A stretch of DNA of 64,000 nt from Cycas panzhihuaensis (taxonomy: Eukaryota; Plantae; Cycadophyta), in the NCBI GenBank assembly GCA_023213395.1, contig CM041465.1, positions 133,989,741 to 134,053,740 of the forward strand, in the 5' to 3' direction. Position numbers and translations under genes: made by a program. Of the stretch, positions 52,014 through 64,000 are shown in pieces. Each line of letters opens with the position of its first letter. Position 1 is the first letter of the stretch. Under the pieces are notes generated by a model. It did no database searches and was not told the DNA's origin. It worked only from the letters and a program-made list of their open reading frames with translations.

Positions 52014-55000
52014 TCATACATAGAATTTCTTAAGGAACTTACCATTGATAACTTTCTCAAATTCAAGGCCCTCCAAGGTTGCAATCTTATAGGTGCCATT
52101 ATCGAGGCTTTTGAGAACGATGAAGGGACCAACCCATTTAGGTCTGAATTTGGACAAGTGATCATGGAGATATTCCAGCTTAAGGACATGGTCCCTTAGA
52201 TACAAGGGGCAGGGGTAAAGGCATTTATTATATGTCCTTCATGCCTTGGATTTAGAGGTAAGATTTTCTTGGTAGGCCATTAAGCGTTTCTCATCTAGGG
52301 CTTCGAGATCTAGGAGACGGGCCTGACGATAGGATTCCTCGTCAACAAGACCTCGAAGGGAAACTTGCAAGGAAGGGATCATAATTTCCAATGGGAAGAT
52401 CGCCTCATCTCCATACACAAGGGAGAATAGGGTCATTCCCATAGATGTGTAGATAGATGTGCGATATGCCCATAGGAAAAAGGAAGTTGAAGGTGCCCAT
52501 CTTTTTAAGATTGGATGACAATTTTCTTCAGGATATTTATGAGAGTTTTATTGGAAGATTCTATTTGGCCATTGTCCTGAGGGTAACAAGGAGAGAAGAT
52601 TTTATGAGAGATCTTAAATTTCTCACAAAGTTTATCCATTTCCTTATTATAAAAGGGGGTTCCATTGTCCGTAATCAAGACATCAGGGACCCTGAATCTA
52701 CAAATAATATGCTAGTAGATGAAGGTGGATGCCATCTTGCTAGGAGTAGATGATAAGGGGACTGCTTCAGCCTATTTAGTAAAGTATTCTGTCATGGTCA
52801 AGATGAACTTGTGCTATGATAAGGAAGGGGGAGTTATGGCCGCAATAAGGTTTAGCCCCCATTGGGAGAAGGGACATAGAGATATGACAGGGTGCAAGGC
52901 TTCAGAAGGCAAATGGATGATGTTGGCATGCTCTTGACAACGGTGACATCATAGGACATAGGCGTGGGTGTCCTAAAGAGGGATGGCCAATAATACCCCA
53001 TGCAAAGGATCCTTTGGGCCATGGATTGGACTCTAAAATGACCCCTGCAAATGTTATTATGGTATTTGTGAAGTATTTGGCCCACCTTATCGAGGTTAAC
53101 ATAGTGAAAAGGGATCCCATCAAAGGACGTCTTGTATAATACACTACCTATGAGGAAATACTGCTTGGTAGTAACATGAATGCATGACTTAACCTTATCA
53201 CTCATATTGGGATGGTACTATTGCTCAACGAGGTATCGCACAATATCCCTATACCACTCGTTATTTGTCAATGGATGGGGAGACGAATCCTGAATGGCCA
53301 AAATGGGCTCATTAGGTAAAGAATCATCAACAAGAGTGTCAGAAAGGTTTAGGATGAGGGTATCAGCTAGTTGTTCAACAACGACCATTCCCTTCTTCAA
53401 TTTCCTATTAATGATTTGGAGATCAAATTCCTAGAGGGGGATGGGCCACTTGCCAGTCCTACTTATCAGGTCAGATCAGGTTAGTAAATACCTCAAGGGA
53501 TCAGATTAGATGATCACTTGAGCAGTATTTCTGAGCAAGTAGAGCTTAAACTTTTTGGTAGCGTGCACCAAGGAGAGACACTCCTCAGCATGGGAGTAGT
53601 TAAGATCGAAAGCCACTAGGGTACGACTGATGAAATAAATGGCTCTCTCAGTTCCCAAGTCATCCTCCTGGGTAAGCATGATGTCTAAGGATTCATCTGT
53701 GGCCGAGGTATAGAGGATGAAGGGCTTATCAAAGAAAGGGGGCACCGGAGTTGGAGCAGAAGTGAGAGCTCCCTTGAGCTCCTTAAAGGCTTGTTGGGCC
53801 TTTAGAGACCAAACAAATGGGGCTCCCTTCTTCAACAGGTTAGTGAGGGGTTTTGTGTTTATGGTGAAATTTGCTAGGAAACACCTAAGGAAGCCTAACC
53901 TACCCAAGAACGACTTGATTTGTTGTTGGGTCTTAGGAGGAGGCATGTTAAAGATGGCCTTGACTTTGTTGAGATCAATTTGGATACCTTGTTTCGAAAC
54001 AAGGAATCCAAAGAGTTTTCCAGCTGTCATGGCAAACACGCATTTAAGAGGGTTTAGGCTTATATGGTATTCGTGGCATCGTATAAAGATAGCTTACAAA
54101 TTACTAGGATGGTGGGCCCTTACACATAAAAGGCCCATCATGTCATCCATGAAAACCTTAAGAGTTTTGTTAATAAGGTCGTGAAAGACAAATTGCATCA
54201 CCCTTTGATAAGTGGCGCCTGTGTTCTTAAGCCTAGAAGGCATTGCTTTGTAGGCAAAGGTGCCCCAAGGCATGGTGAAGGCTGTCTTGTGATGATCTTC
54301 AGGGAAAATTTAGATTTGGTTGTGACCTGAGAATCCATCCATCAAGGACATGACTTCAAACCTGGCAGTTTGATCAATGAAGGGAAGAGTAAAGTTATCC
54401 TTACAACATATGTTGTTAATATCATGAAAGTCAATGCATATCCTAATCATTCCATTCTTTTTAACAATAGAAATGATGTTTAACACCCACTTGGGATAAT
54501 CAACATAAGTGATTAACCCTGTATCTAGGAGTTTCTCAACTTCCATCTTTATGGTAGCTGAAAGTTCTAGGTGAAGAGGGCATTGCTTTTATCGCACAGG
54601 GCAAGCGCCTAGAATGGTAGTGAGGTTGTGGGTGACGGTAGAAGGGTCTATTCCCTTCATGTCAGAGTAGTCCCATGCGAAAATGTCATGGAATTTCTGG
54701 AAGGGTGTATTCCTTTATTTTTTTAGGAGAGCATTCTGCTCCCACCTTTGTGACCTTAGCAGGAGTAAGGACGATGTCCCTGGTTGCCCCCATGCACATA
54801 GCATTCCCTTCTTCGAAGTATAGGGGCGCTCAATCAATAGGAGGGGGTGAAGAAGAAGAAGAAGGGTTTGGGTCATCCAGGGGTGACCCAATGGCTAAGA
54901 TCTTCTAGTGACCAAGTCTATGGTGACTAAGAGGTAAATTAGGCTCAGAGCCTACTAAATGCTCAAGTAAGTCCTCATCGTCCTCGAAGCAATCTATCCC

Positions 55001-58000
55001 ATGGATGATCACACTTCGAGAAGATGAGAAGTAAGAAGTGGAAGGAGTGGTGGGGCCGTAGCGATCTATCCACCATTCCACGTAATCAGGAGACTCTTCA
55101 AAAGAATCAGAAAGTCACCCCTCATGATGGGTGATGAGAGGTTGCCCTATCTCATTGCTCAAGGGGAGAGGGGGGTACAATGAGGTGGAAGGAGAGGTGA
55201 TATGGGAAGTCACATGGGAGGCAAGATCAATGACATGTGATCTAAGAGGGAAACTACTCTCTTTGATGGAAGAGGTTTCAGGTGAGGACCTGAAATAAAG
55301 AGAGTATCTCCTACTCATGTTTAGGAGGGATATGGGATGGGGAAGGTCCTCCTCCTTGCCATCAGACTCATCATCACTAAGCACGATAAGGTACCCATAG
55401 CTCCCTACACCCATAGGGGTGAAGTGGATAAGGTTCGAGGAAGAAGGAGAAGAGCCTTCTTTCGGGTAGGACGAACTAGGAATGTCGATAAAACAAGCGG
55501 AGGCATGGGCGGAAGGGCCCTTATCACCCTTCGCTTGGTCACGAATCACTTAACAAAGTTGATGGGGTTGTTTGGTGGAAGAAGGATCCGGAGGGACAAC
55601 CCTTATCCATCTCTCATGGACAAACTTAAGTTAACCCCATTAGGATGAGCACACGACTCCCATTTGGTCAAGCCATAGATGTCCTAACAAGAGGTTGTAG
55701 TCTACGTCCATGTCGAGGACTACATTGTCAGTGAGGACAGTTTTATCCTCGAGAGTAAGGGGGATGGAAATTGATCCTAAGGGTGTCTTTTCGCTACTAT
55801 CATAGCCTTAACAATGCCAGGGAACCAGTTCGAGGGCTGATATACCAAGCTCTTTCATGATGTGCAAGGGCATGGCATTGACGGAAGAACCATTATCTAC
55901 AACGGTTCTTCGAAGGGTGCATTTGAGTGTATCTATAGTTATGGTGAATGGGTAGTTCCATTGGCATTCTCTTTCACCAGTTGGGGGTAAATCTTTGGGT
56001 TAAAGGAGATGATGGGTTCATGACTTGGGGCAATACCCGAGGCATGAACAAATGCGTTAACTAAACCCAAAGTCTCTAAGAGAAGGGTGCATTGCTTAGG
56101 ACAGCTTCTTAAGATGTCCATCATGGACATCCCCATGGCCATGATATGAAGCTCATCAGCGATGGAGAAGGGCTTCCCTTTTGCGGTAGGTTGGGGAAGC
56201 ACCCTTAAAAAATTACAATGACCAGGGTGCATAGGAATGGTCTTGGGAAGTGTAGGGATTTCTGGAGGGGGAACTTTTAGAGGAGGATCAAGGTGATGAG
56301 TGGAAGAAGAGGCACTAATTGTCTCTTTAGCTGCTTGGCATGGTCTCAACCATTTGAATGACTCTCTTTCCCTTATTTCGAGATCAAGAAGGGGAAGGAG
56401 TTTGGCAGTAAGGAGAACTAGAAGAAGAGGAAGAGTTCCTTACACCCTTCCCTTTAGCTTGCGAAGGGTGAGGGTTTGGGGACCTTCCTCTATTTTGGTT
56501 ACCTTTTTAATGGGTGTTGTGATCACGTTCCCCGTGTTTGGGGAAAGGATCCTTGTAGACGGGTTGGTCTAGTTTGGGCCTAGACACCTACTTGGGGGAA
56601 GAGTCACATTGTGGGGTGACTCTAGGGTATTGAGCCCTACATTGTGAATCTTCATGGAAACATTCCCCATGGAGGGAACACCACTTCTTTTCTAAGGAAG
56701 AATCTAGCTTCCTCATTTGAGAAGACTGGGTATTACCACCCTTGGGGGGAGCAGATTGAGAAGCTTAGTGGACTTGTTTGTGGGAATTGGGTGATGAAGG
56801 GGCTTAGAGTTTAAGCTCCTTCATGGTACATTTGAAAGAATGTATAGTAGAAGTTAAGGGATCTAGGGTCTTCTCTGAGGTATGGGATGAAAACCTACGA
56901 GGCTGTTGGATTTTCACATCATGAGGTGGTGGAGGTGCCTCATGCCGTTGTAAGGACCTAAGAGGCCTCTTAAGACTTTCTTGAATCTCAATTACCTCGA
57001 GGGCCAAGCACTTGGCTATGATGGAATCACACGTTGTCGCTCCCATTTTGAGGACTTCAATGTGGACTTCAAGGCGAATGGTATTAGCAAAGAGATATTG
57101 CTTTAACTCCTCATGCAAGGTTGCCTTCGTGGAGTGGAGAAGATCATGAAAGCGTCTCACAAAGTCACGATTTATCTCATTATGACCTTGATTAAGAGAC
57201 AGGATAACCTTCATTCCATTCTCGAAAGGATGAGCTACGTCAAAATAATTGACGAACTCATCAACGAGTTGTTGGAATGAGTGGATAGAGTGCACTAGAA
57301 AGCAATAGAACCATTTAAGGGCATCACTGTAGAGGTAGCGCAGAAAGAGTTTCATCAGGATATGGAAGTATGCCCAAAAATTGATACATGCCATAGAAAA
57401 ACTTCTAACGTGCTCTGTTGGGTCTTGCAAGGAGGTCCCATCAAATTTGGGAACCTCGAGAGGGTGAGGTGGTAAGTTGGTTCTTAGCACCTCAATAGAT
57501 AGAGGTGTTGATCTATAATCCATAAAGGGATGTGCCCTTGATTGGACCATAGGATCAACGGAAGATAGAAGAGAAAGTGAACAAGGTTGCCTAAATCCTC
57601 ATTAGGAGACTTGGTTCGAAAGGAGATATTGACTCCCTCCCATTTGGTGGGAATAACCTAATCCCGCACTTGAAGGAATTTGCATAGGGGCAGATGGGTA
57701 CGAAAGACCCATCCCCCCTTATGGATATGCTCCTTGTTGGAAAGGAGCTGGAGAGGTGGTGCCTTAGGAGGGGGTTTACCCCTATTGCGAAAGTGCGATA
57801 TGAGAAAAAATATAAGAGGATGGAATGCTAGGGTGTAGAATTGGGTTTTGCCTGTATGGGCCGCCCATAGGTGGTGCAATGCCATACATATGTAAAAGAT
57901 CCACTCCATAAACTGGAAGGGGGTTTCCTTTACTATGTACCTATGGTTGAGAAGCATAACCTGGAGATAAGTAAAGGGGAAGATCCCTAAGTTGAGCTTG

Positions 58001-58130
58001 GGAATGCATGGGGGCAGGCCCCATGCAGTTAGAAGTAGGGCCATGTGCAGGTCCCCTAGGTCTAACGGGGGGTAGGTAGACTATAGTTGGTTGGGGTGTA
58101 GTTGTTTGACTGGAGAGAGGCATACTCAAC
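52014..58130 (-). pseudogene. gag-pol remnant of Tat copy B
   Basis: gag LEVPKFDGTSLQDPTEHVRSF...DALKWFY (56804-57550); PR RRTVVDNGSSVNA (~55880-55915); RT YPKWVLNII...KDNFTLPFIDQ...MDGFSGHNQI and VFMDDMMG; RH FILYTSATDESL; INT GHFRVQS...GYYWPSL, GMTLFSLVYGDEAIFPLEI, KFRPKWVGPF...NGKFLKKFYV*. The 5' boundary is approximate. Confidence 0.93.
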
Positions 58131-58882
58131 CCAAGTTGGGAAGAGGAAATACCTTGGGTGGTCCCTCAGGAACATGGACCACAGGGAGAGGAAAATGAAG
58201 CAAGGGACACCCTTATTATAGGTAAGGGCATCGAATGAGATGGATGAGGTAGAGTAGATGTGGAAGAAGGAAGCATGATGCTTCGTAAGATATTATCCAA
58301 CCCATTAGGACGTGATTAGAGGTTGTCGGCTTGGAAGCATTGATTAAGGGCTTCCACAATATCCGCGGGAGGGGTGCGCACTTAATCATAAGAGGTAGAA
58401 GGGTCCTCATATGAGGTAGACCCCACTGTACAATCCTCATGAGAGTCACCGCTGAGGTAGTGGAACTCTAAAGGAGAAGACGCCTAAACTTCGTGAGTGG
58501 AGAGGTGATGGACTTGCAAGTGTTCTTGGTCACCTAGGTAAAAAATAGGGTCCTTACCTTCTTGGGCAGGCCCTTGGAAGGAAGCAGATGGCTCATGAGA
58601 CTCAAAGACATAGGCATTATATTCCTAGTCTAAAGGGAATCCTTCCATGGTCGAATCAGAATCTGATAAAGGAAGGGGATGATAAGAGGAGTCTTCCAAC
58701 AAGGGAGGAAGGCCTTGTACGTGATGAGATAATCGTTGCATACAAGTTTCCCTCAAAGATTGGAAGGAAAAGAGATGATGAGAAGGAAAATATTGGGGGC
58801 TACTTAATAGATCGAGGAGAGCTACCAGGGAGGAGGTAGCATGAATAGAAAAGGGAGAAAGAATTAATCCCTTACTGGCAGA

Positions 58883-58900
58883 TCCCCTGTATGGTCACCG
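58883..58900 (-). promoter_or_regulatory. Degenerate PBS of Tat copy B (tRNA-Arg-like)
   Basis: Minus strand reads CGGTGACCATACAGGGGA directly inside the 5' LTR, resembling TGGCGACC-type Arg PBSs after deamination. Confidence 0.55.
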
Positions 58901-58901
58901 G

Positions 58902-61900
58902 TGGAATTGCACCTCTGGAGGGGTTGATAAAATCAAATGAGATCAAGCCAAATGACCAATGGTTTTAATGGCTATGGACCTATAATGGAAAGTGAAAGAA
59001 ATCACCCATAAAGGGAATTTGTGCATTAGAATGTAGGTTTGGGACTTGCAAATGGTGCACAAACTCTTTTGAGGTAACTATTCCTCTATCTGGAGTGGTG
59101 GATAGATGAGAGATCTCCTTGATTTCCTAAGTAACCTTAAAAGGGGCCCTCCCATTCTTAGATGACCAAAGGAGGGAGGCAAAAGGTGAGGGAATGGCTC
59201 CTCGTGTGAAGGGGTTATAAAAGAGGTGATCCTGAATAAGAAAATGGAAAGAACACACACGTACGCCTAAGGCAGCTTGCAACGTGAGTGGTCAAGATGA
59301 TGGCTAGTTTCACAAGCTAGATGTTAACCTAAAGGCCAAACTAGAGAGGTCTAGCCTAGAGAGATAAGAAAGATAAAACAAAGGACCTTGAGAGGGGGCT
59401 CTCTCAAGGTGCCAAACCTAATGAGGATTCTAGGAGTGGTGAATCAATAAAAAGGGTTGTCTTTGTGTTTGTCTTTGTTTCGTATACGGTAAAGAAATGC
59501 AAGGTGATAGTGTGGTATTTATGGTAATGTCGTATGTTTATGCTTAAAGAAATCACTTTCAGAGGCAGGAAAGTAATGCAAATCTCTCTCTCTCGTTTAC
59601 TCATGCATGCAACCTCACTCTCTTTGTCTTTTTAAATGCAGGAATGGGAGATCAAAGAGATCGCTATGCGACACAAAGCTCATGCAAAAGGGTGCAAAGT
59701 TATTAGATGACAATATAACGAAATGGGAGGGGCACACACATGCAAGTACCTAGGTTTCTACTATATGAGCTTTGCAAAAAAACCAAGCAAGTGAAGTGCA
59801 AGAGATCCAAACCAATCTTTTTCTTCCCTTTTTGCCCAAATGATATTCAAAAGAGGGGGAAAAGAGACAAGGAGAAGAAGGCTAGAAAAAGAGAGGTGTA
59901 CCTGGAATACAGTGATCAAAGTAGCACTACCCTCACCACGCTTGAGATCCTTGCCCTTCTCCTAACCACAGATGGTATAACGGAAGGAGTACCGATGAAG
60001 AATGGGGCTTCCTTACCTTCCCCGGAAATCAAAGAAGGTAAAAAGGGAATGTAGTGCAAGGAAATGTAAAGACTATTGTAACTCCACGTTATAACTTTGA
60101 GAGCAAAAGAAAGTAACTATTGAAAGAAGATGAATGTACCTGGGATGAAGTCCCCTTATCCTCCAAGTACAAAAGAAAACCTATAACCAATAAGATTTTC
60201 CCTATCCTAAAGGGCACCAAATATATGCAGAATAAATATACAAAATGGAAAGTGGCAAGATACAACTACCTTCATATAAAGAAATGTATTCAATATCAAT
60301 ATCACTTCTTGTGCTTCATATGTTATTTAGTATACGATATGGGAAAAGGGGGGAGAGAGAAAGAGGAAGGGTGGTTAGCCTCAGAATGGCTAACCCTCTA
60401 AATCAAAGGTACTCCATGCTTCCCCCAAGTACCAGGATGAAGGGATAAACAAATGCAAGTAAGCTTCTAAAAATACAAGCAAAAGCGACAAGAAATATTG
60501 TGAATGTTGCCAATGTTACAAAAGTTGTAACACAAAACTTTTACAAGTTTTGCAAGGTCCAAATCAAGGGACAAAAGGAATACGGAGTGGGGGATGAAAC
60601 CTCACCTGTGTAGGATTTTCTATGCTAGTCACAAGCATAGTAATTAGATGCCTATGCTGCTGCCAACAATGATCTATTCTCTAATGGTCCTTTGGGATCT
60701 TAATGGAGGTATGGAGAAGGAGAGGCAAGGAGAGAAGGGGGGTTACCCTTGAGGAGGAGGCATGTTAGGTGCAGGACCCTACCTTTGGCTCATTTCACTC
60801 TCTGTGGATACCTCTGCCTTGTTACCTCCTTGAAGAAACCAGGATGGAGTTAAAAGAATGAGAGGATAGGCCAAAAAAGGGATGGTTTGCCTCTTGCTTG
60901 CAATAGAAAGAAAGAGAAAGTCGCTGCAAAAAAGGGATTGGCAAATAGTATTTATGATACTCAAAGAAAGAAAAGCAAAAGGTTGACTTAGAGGTACTTG
61001 TTATATCCAAATCTGAGGTAAATCTACTTGTGAAATTGGATAGAGAAGCAAACCCTAATGGTGCAACAAGTAGGAATAAAACTGGAGCAAGAAAGATAGC
61101 TAGAACTTGATGGAGCCTTTGGAGAACAATCTTCTCTTGGCTAGCCACATTATAGGCCTGCAACTACATGTCTGGGGCTGTAGAAGGCTGGTAGCTAGCT
61201 AAGAAGCAGGTGTAGCAGAGTATGATCCTATTTGTTAGCCATTTTTTGGAGGAGATAGTGGTAAAGATGAATGAAAGACAGATGAAATAAGGGTGTTTTT
61301 GGGTTTTAAACCTAACCCTAGCTCAATCGAGTGATTAGGGTTCAACTTAGGCAAGAAACAAGTCACTGTCATATGGCAATTTTGTAATAAATGCGAAATT
61401 AGCTGTGGCAAATTTAAAAAATGATTGTGGATAGTCACCCCACAGTAAACTTAGCGGTATCGTAAAATTTGTAGCAGTACCATGAAGTTTAATACAGTGC
61501 AGTAGAAATAAAGCAAAAGAGAGAAAGGAGAGCCTTGGAAGCTCTAAAAGAGAGGAAAGATAAGGCCCAAGGAGGTATGGTACTATATCCAAATGGCAAA
61601 AAGAGGGTTGTGGGACTTAGAGAGGCCACAATGAGCAAGCAATAAAGGTGAAAGGTTCCCTAGAAGGACAACAAGTGGATGCAGGATGACAACCAAACCT
61701 AGGCGGGTTGCTAGGGGTCATGATGCACTGATGGGTGATGTGATTAGGCTATGGAAGCCAAGCGGTACTTGGGGATGCCATGGAGGCATATAGGAGGGTT
61801 ATAGAGTGCCATGGGATATGTATCCCTAGATTGTCATAGGCTAAAAAAGTGTTGTGATGTAATATAGTCAAGTAGTGAATGTATGGTGGTCATGCAACGA

Positions 61901-62029
61901 ATTAATCATCATGCAATGTAAGTGAAGTACCTCAATCTACCTTTTCCAAAACTGATAAGGTAGGGATAGAAGCATCATGTACTTACCTAAGTTGACTCGC
62001 CCATGTCCATTCCTAGTAGCCAGGAAATA
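58902..62029 (-). repeat. 5' LTR of Tat copy B (3128 bp)
   Basis: TGGAATTGCACCTCT...CAGGAAATA, followed by TSD GGGAT. Confidence 0.92.
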
Positions 62030-62034
62030 GGGAT

Positions 62035-64000
62035 CACAAGGATCTCAAGGGGTAGATCATTCGTAGGAAGTTTTTGTTGGGAAGCAGAGGTCCCAATGGC
62101 CCCCTTAGCTGCTTGAGACCTTGTGACTAGGCACAAAGTAGCATTCTCAAACATCTGAATAATTCTCTTCCCCTTATTTCAGGGTTGAGAAAGTGAGGAA
62201 GATTGGGGATGAGAACACCAGGAGTGGAAGAGGAATCCCTTGCCCCCTTTCCCTTCATTTTCTTGGGAGTGGGGGTGGGGGCTCATCCCTTATTCCTTGC
62301 CCCTCTATTTTGAGTAGATCAATCATGTTCCTCATGTTTAAGGAAGGGATCACAATGAATGGGTTGATCTAGGTTAGGCCTAGATGCCCATTTATGAGAA
62401 GAATCACACTATGGGATGAGCTTAGGGTATTGCACCTAACATTGTGAATCTTTATAAAGGCACTCACTATGGGCACAACACCATTTCTTTTTAGGGGAGG
62501 GTTTTATCCTCCTTACATGAGAGGTTTAGGTGTTTCTACCTTTAGGTGGCATGGCTTGGGATGCCTGATGAACATGCCTATGGGAATCTGAGGATGGTTG
62601 AGAAGGCTGGAGCTTTAGCTCCTTCATCGTATACTCAAATGAGCGTATGGAAGAGGTTAATGGATCTAAGGCCCCTTCTATTGTGTGGGTTAGGATCCTT
62701 GGAGGTTATTAGGGTCTTTGGTCATATGACAGAGGGGGTGCCTCACATCATTACGATGACCTAAGAGGCTTCTTGAGACCTACTTGGATCTCAATGGCCT
62801 TGAGCACTAAGCATTTCACTATGGCAGACTCACACATCATCACTCCCATTTTGAGGACTTCAATGTGGACTTTAGGATGGAGGGCGTTCACAAAAATATC
62901 TCTCTTTAATTCCTTGGGTAACGCAGCCTTTGTGGAATGGAGGAGGTCATGAAAACATCTTAGAAAATCACGATTCATTTCATTGTGACCTTGCCTAAGG
63001 GAGAGTAGGGTTTTAATCCCACTCTCAAAGGGATGGGCCATGCTAAAGTAGTTGATAAACTCATCTACAAGTTATTGGAAGGAGTGGATATAATGGGCAA
63101 GGAGGTGGTAGAATCATTTAAAGGCATCTCCATGCAAAGAACAAGGAAATAATTTCATCAATATGTGCTTATAAGCCTAATAATCGATGCATGCCATGGA
63201 GAAGCTCCTAACATGCTCAGTTAGGTCTTGCGATGATGTACCATCGAATTTGGGCACCTTGGGATGGTGAAGTAGCAGGTTAGACCTAAGCGCCTTAATC
63301 GATAGTGGGGTTGACATATAGTCAATGAAAGGATGAAACCTCTGTTGAGCTAAAGGGTCAACCAAAGGCATGGGAGGAGGTAGATATAGATACTTGGCTC
63401 CTCCTTAAGGGTTTTGGTTATATGAGAGATAAGGATTCCCACCTGCTTGGTGGGAAGGAGCCATTACCATTTGAGGTAAGGTTGGATAGGAGGGAGGCAT
63501 GTGAGATCCGATTCTGCCTTAAGGGTATATCCCTTATTGAGAGAGCATATGAGAGTAAGGGTTATGAGGAGGACAAATCCTCCTTAGGAAGGTACTATGT
63601 ATAGAGTCAAACACAAAGATGAGAAAAGTAAATGAGGTATGGGGTTTTGTCCATATAGGCCACTTGTAGAAGGTGCAACTACATAAGGGTGTGGTGAATC
63701 CACACCATAAACTAGGAGAGGGTTTTCTTTTCCATGCCCCTAAGTTTAGGACGTGTATCCTAGGGGCACATAAAGGGAAGAGTCTATTGTTTGTGGATGA
63801 GGATGCATGGGGATAGGTCCCACATGGCTTAAGGATTAGGGACATGAGTGTCCCCTAGGTCGTGTGAAAGGGACGTGGGGTATGGTAGGTTAAGGCATGG
63901 TCACCTGGTTTGGAATGGGCATGCTTAACCCAATTTAGGATATGGGCGTACCCTGGGGAGCCCCTTAGATATGAGGGACATGCAAAGAAGAGGAAATGAT
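62035..64000 (-). pseudogene. gag region of Tat copy A, displaced by the insertion of B
   Basis: PKVPKFDGTSSQDLTEHVRSFSMACI (63177-63371) and AHPFESGIKTLLSLRQGHNEMNRDFLRCF (62751-63041) are homologous to the gag of B. Confidence 0.9.

Larger units (their letters stand above)
40828..62029 (-). mobile_element. Full-length Tat-type Ty3/gypsy element, copy B (~21.2 kb including a nested solo LTR)
   Basis: Two colinear ~3.1 kb LTRs; perfect TSD GGGAT (40823-40827 and 62030-62034); PBS at ~58883-58900; decayed PPT at 43953-43963; gag-PR-RT-RH-INT order. Confidence 0.93.

Noticed and set aside
40828-62029. Large repeats as a segmental duplication or assembly error
   Set aside because: The copies are diverged and have LTR termini, PBS, PPT and TSDs, so nested retrotransposition fully explains them.

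Overview
This is eukaryotic plant nuclear DNA, very probably from a gymnosperm (inferred from the SS-rich PLS-DYW PPR style, a CRM element carrying a chromodomain, and Tat-type elements with ~3 kb LTRs). It is a heterochromatin-like graveyard of decayed, nested LTR retrotransposons, and I found no intact protein-coding gene. From left to right: (1) a Ty1/copia element (1-4883, minus) inserted into a chromovirus integrase; (2) a ~350 bp Helentron/HLE2-like element splitting that chromovirus's chromodomain; (3) a second gypsy RNaseH-integrase remnant; (4) the only host gene, an intronless PLS-E-DYW PPR RNA-editing factor that is now a pseudogene (12046-14819, minus); (5) a non-autonomous LTR element (16659-19753); (6) a complete but decayed CRM element with a perfect CCTTT TSD (20565-26546); (7) from 26868 to the end, a Russian-doll nest of one Tat-type gypsy family. 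Copy A contains a solo LTR, a ~950 bp (TA)n expansion and full-length copy B (40828-62029, TSD GGGAT); copy B contains a solo LTR of the same family. The most interesting structure is an accessory cassette in the 3' region of both Tat copies: a stand-alone archaeal-type RNase H ORF (missing from pol) lying head-to-head with an antisense, intron-containing Plant Mobile Domain (PMD) gene. All coordinates were read by eye. Lineage names rest on motif recognition, not database searches.
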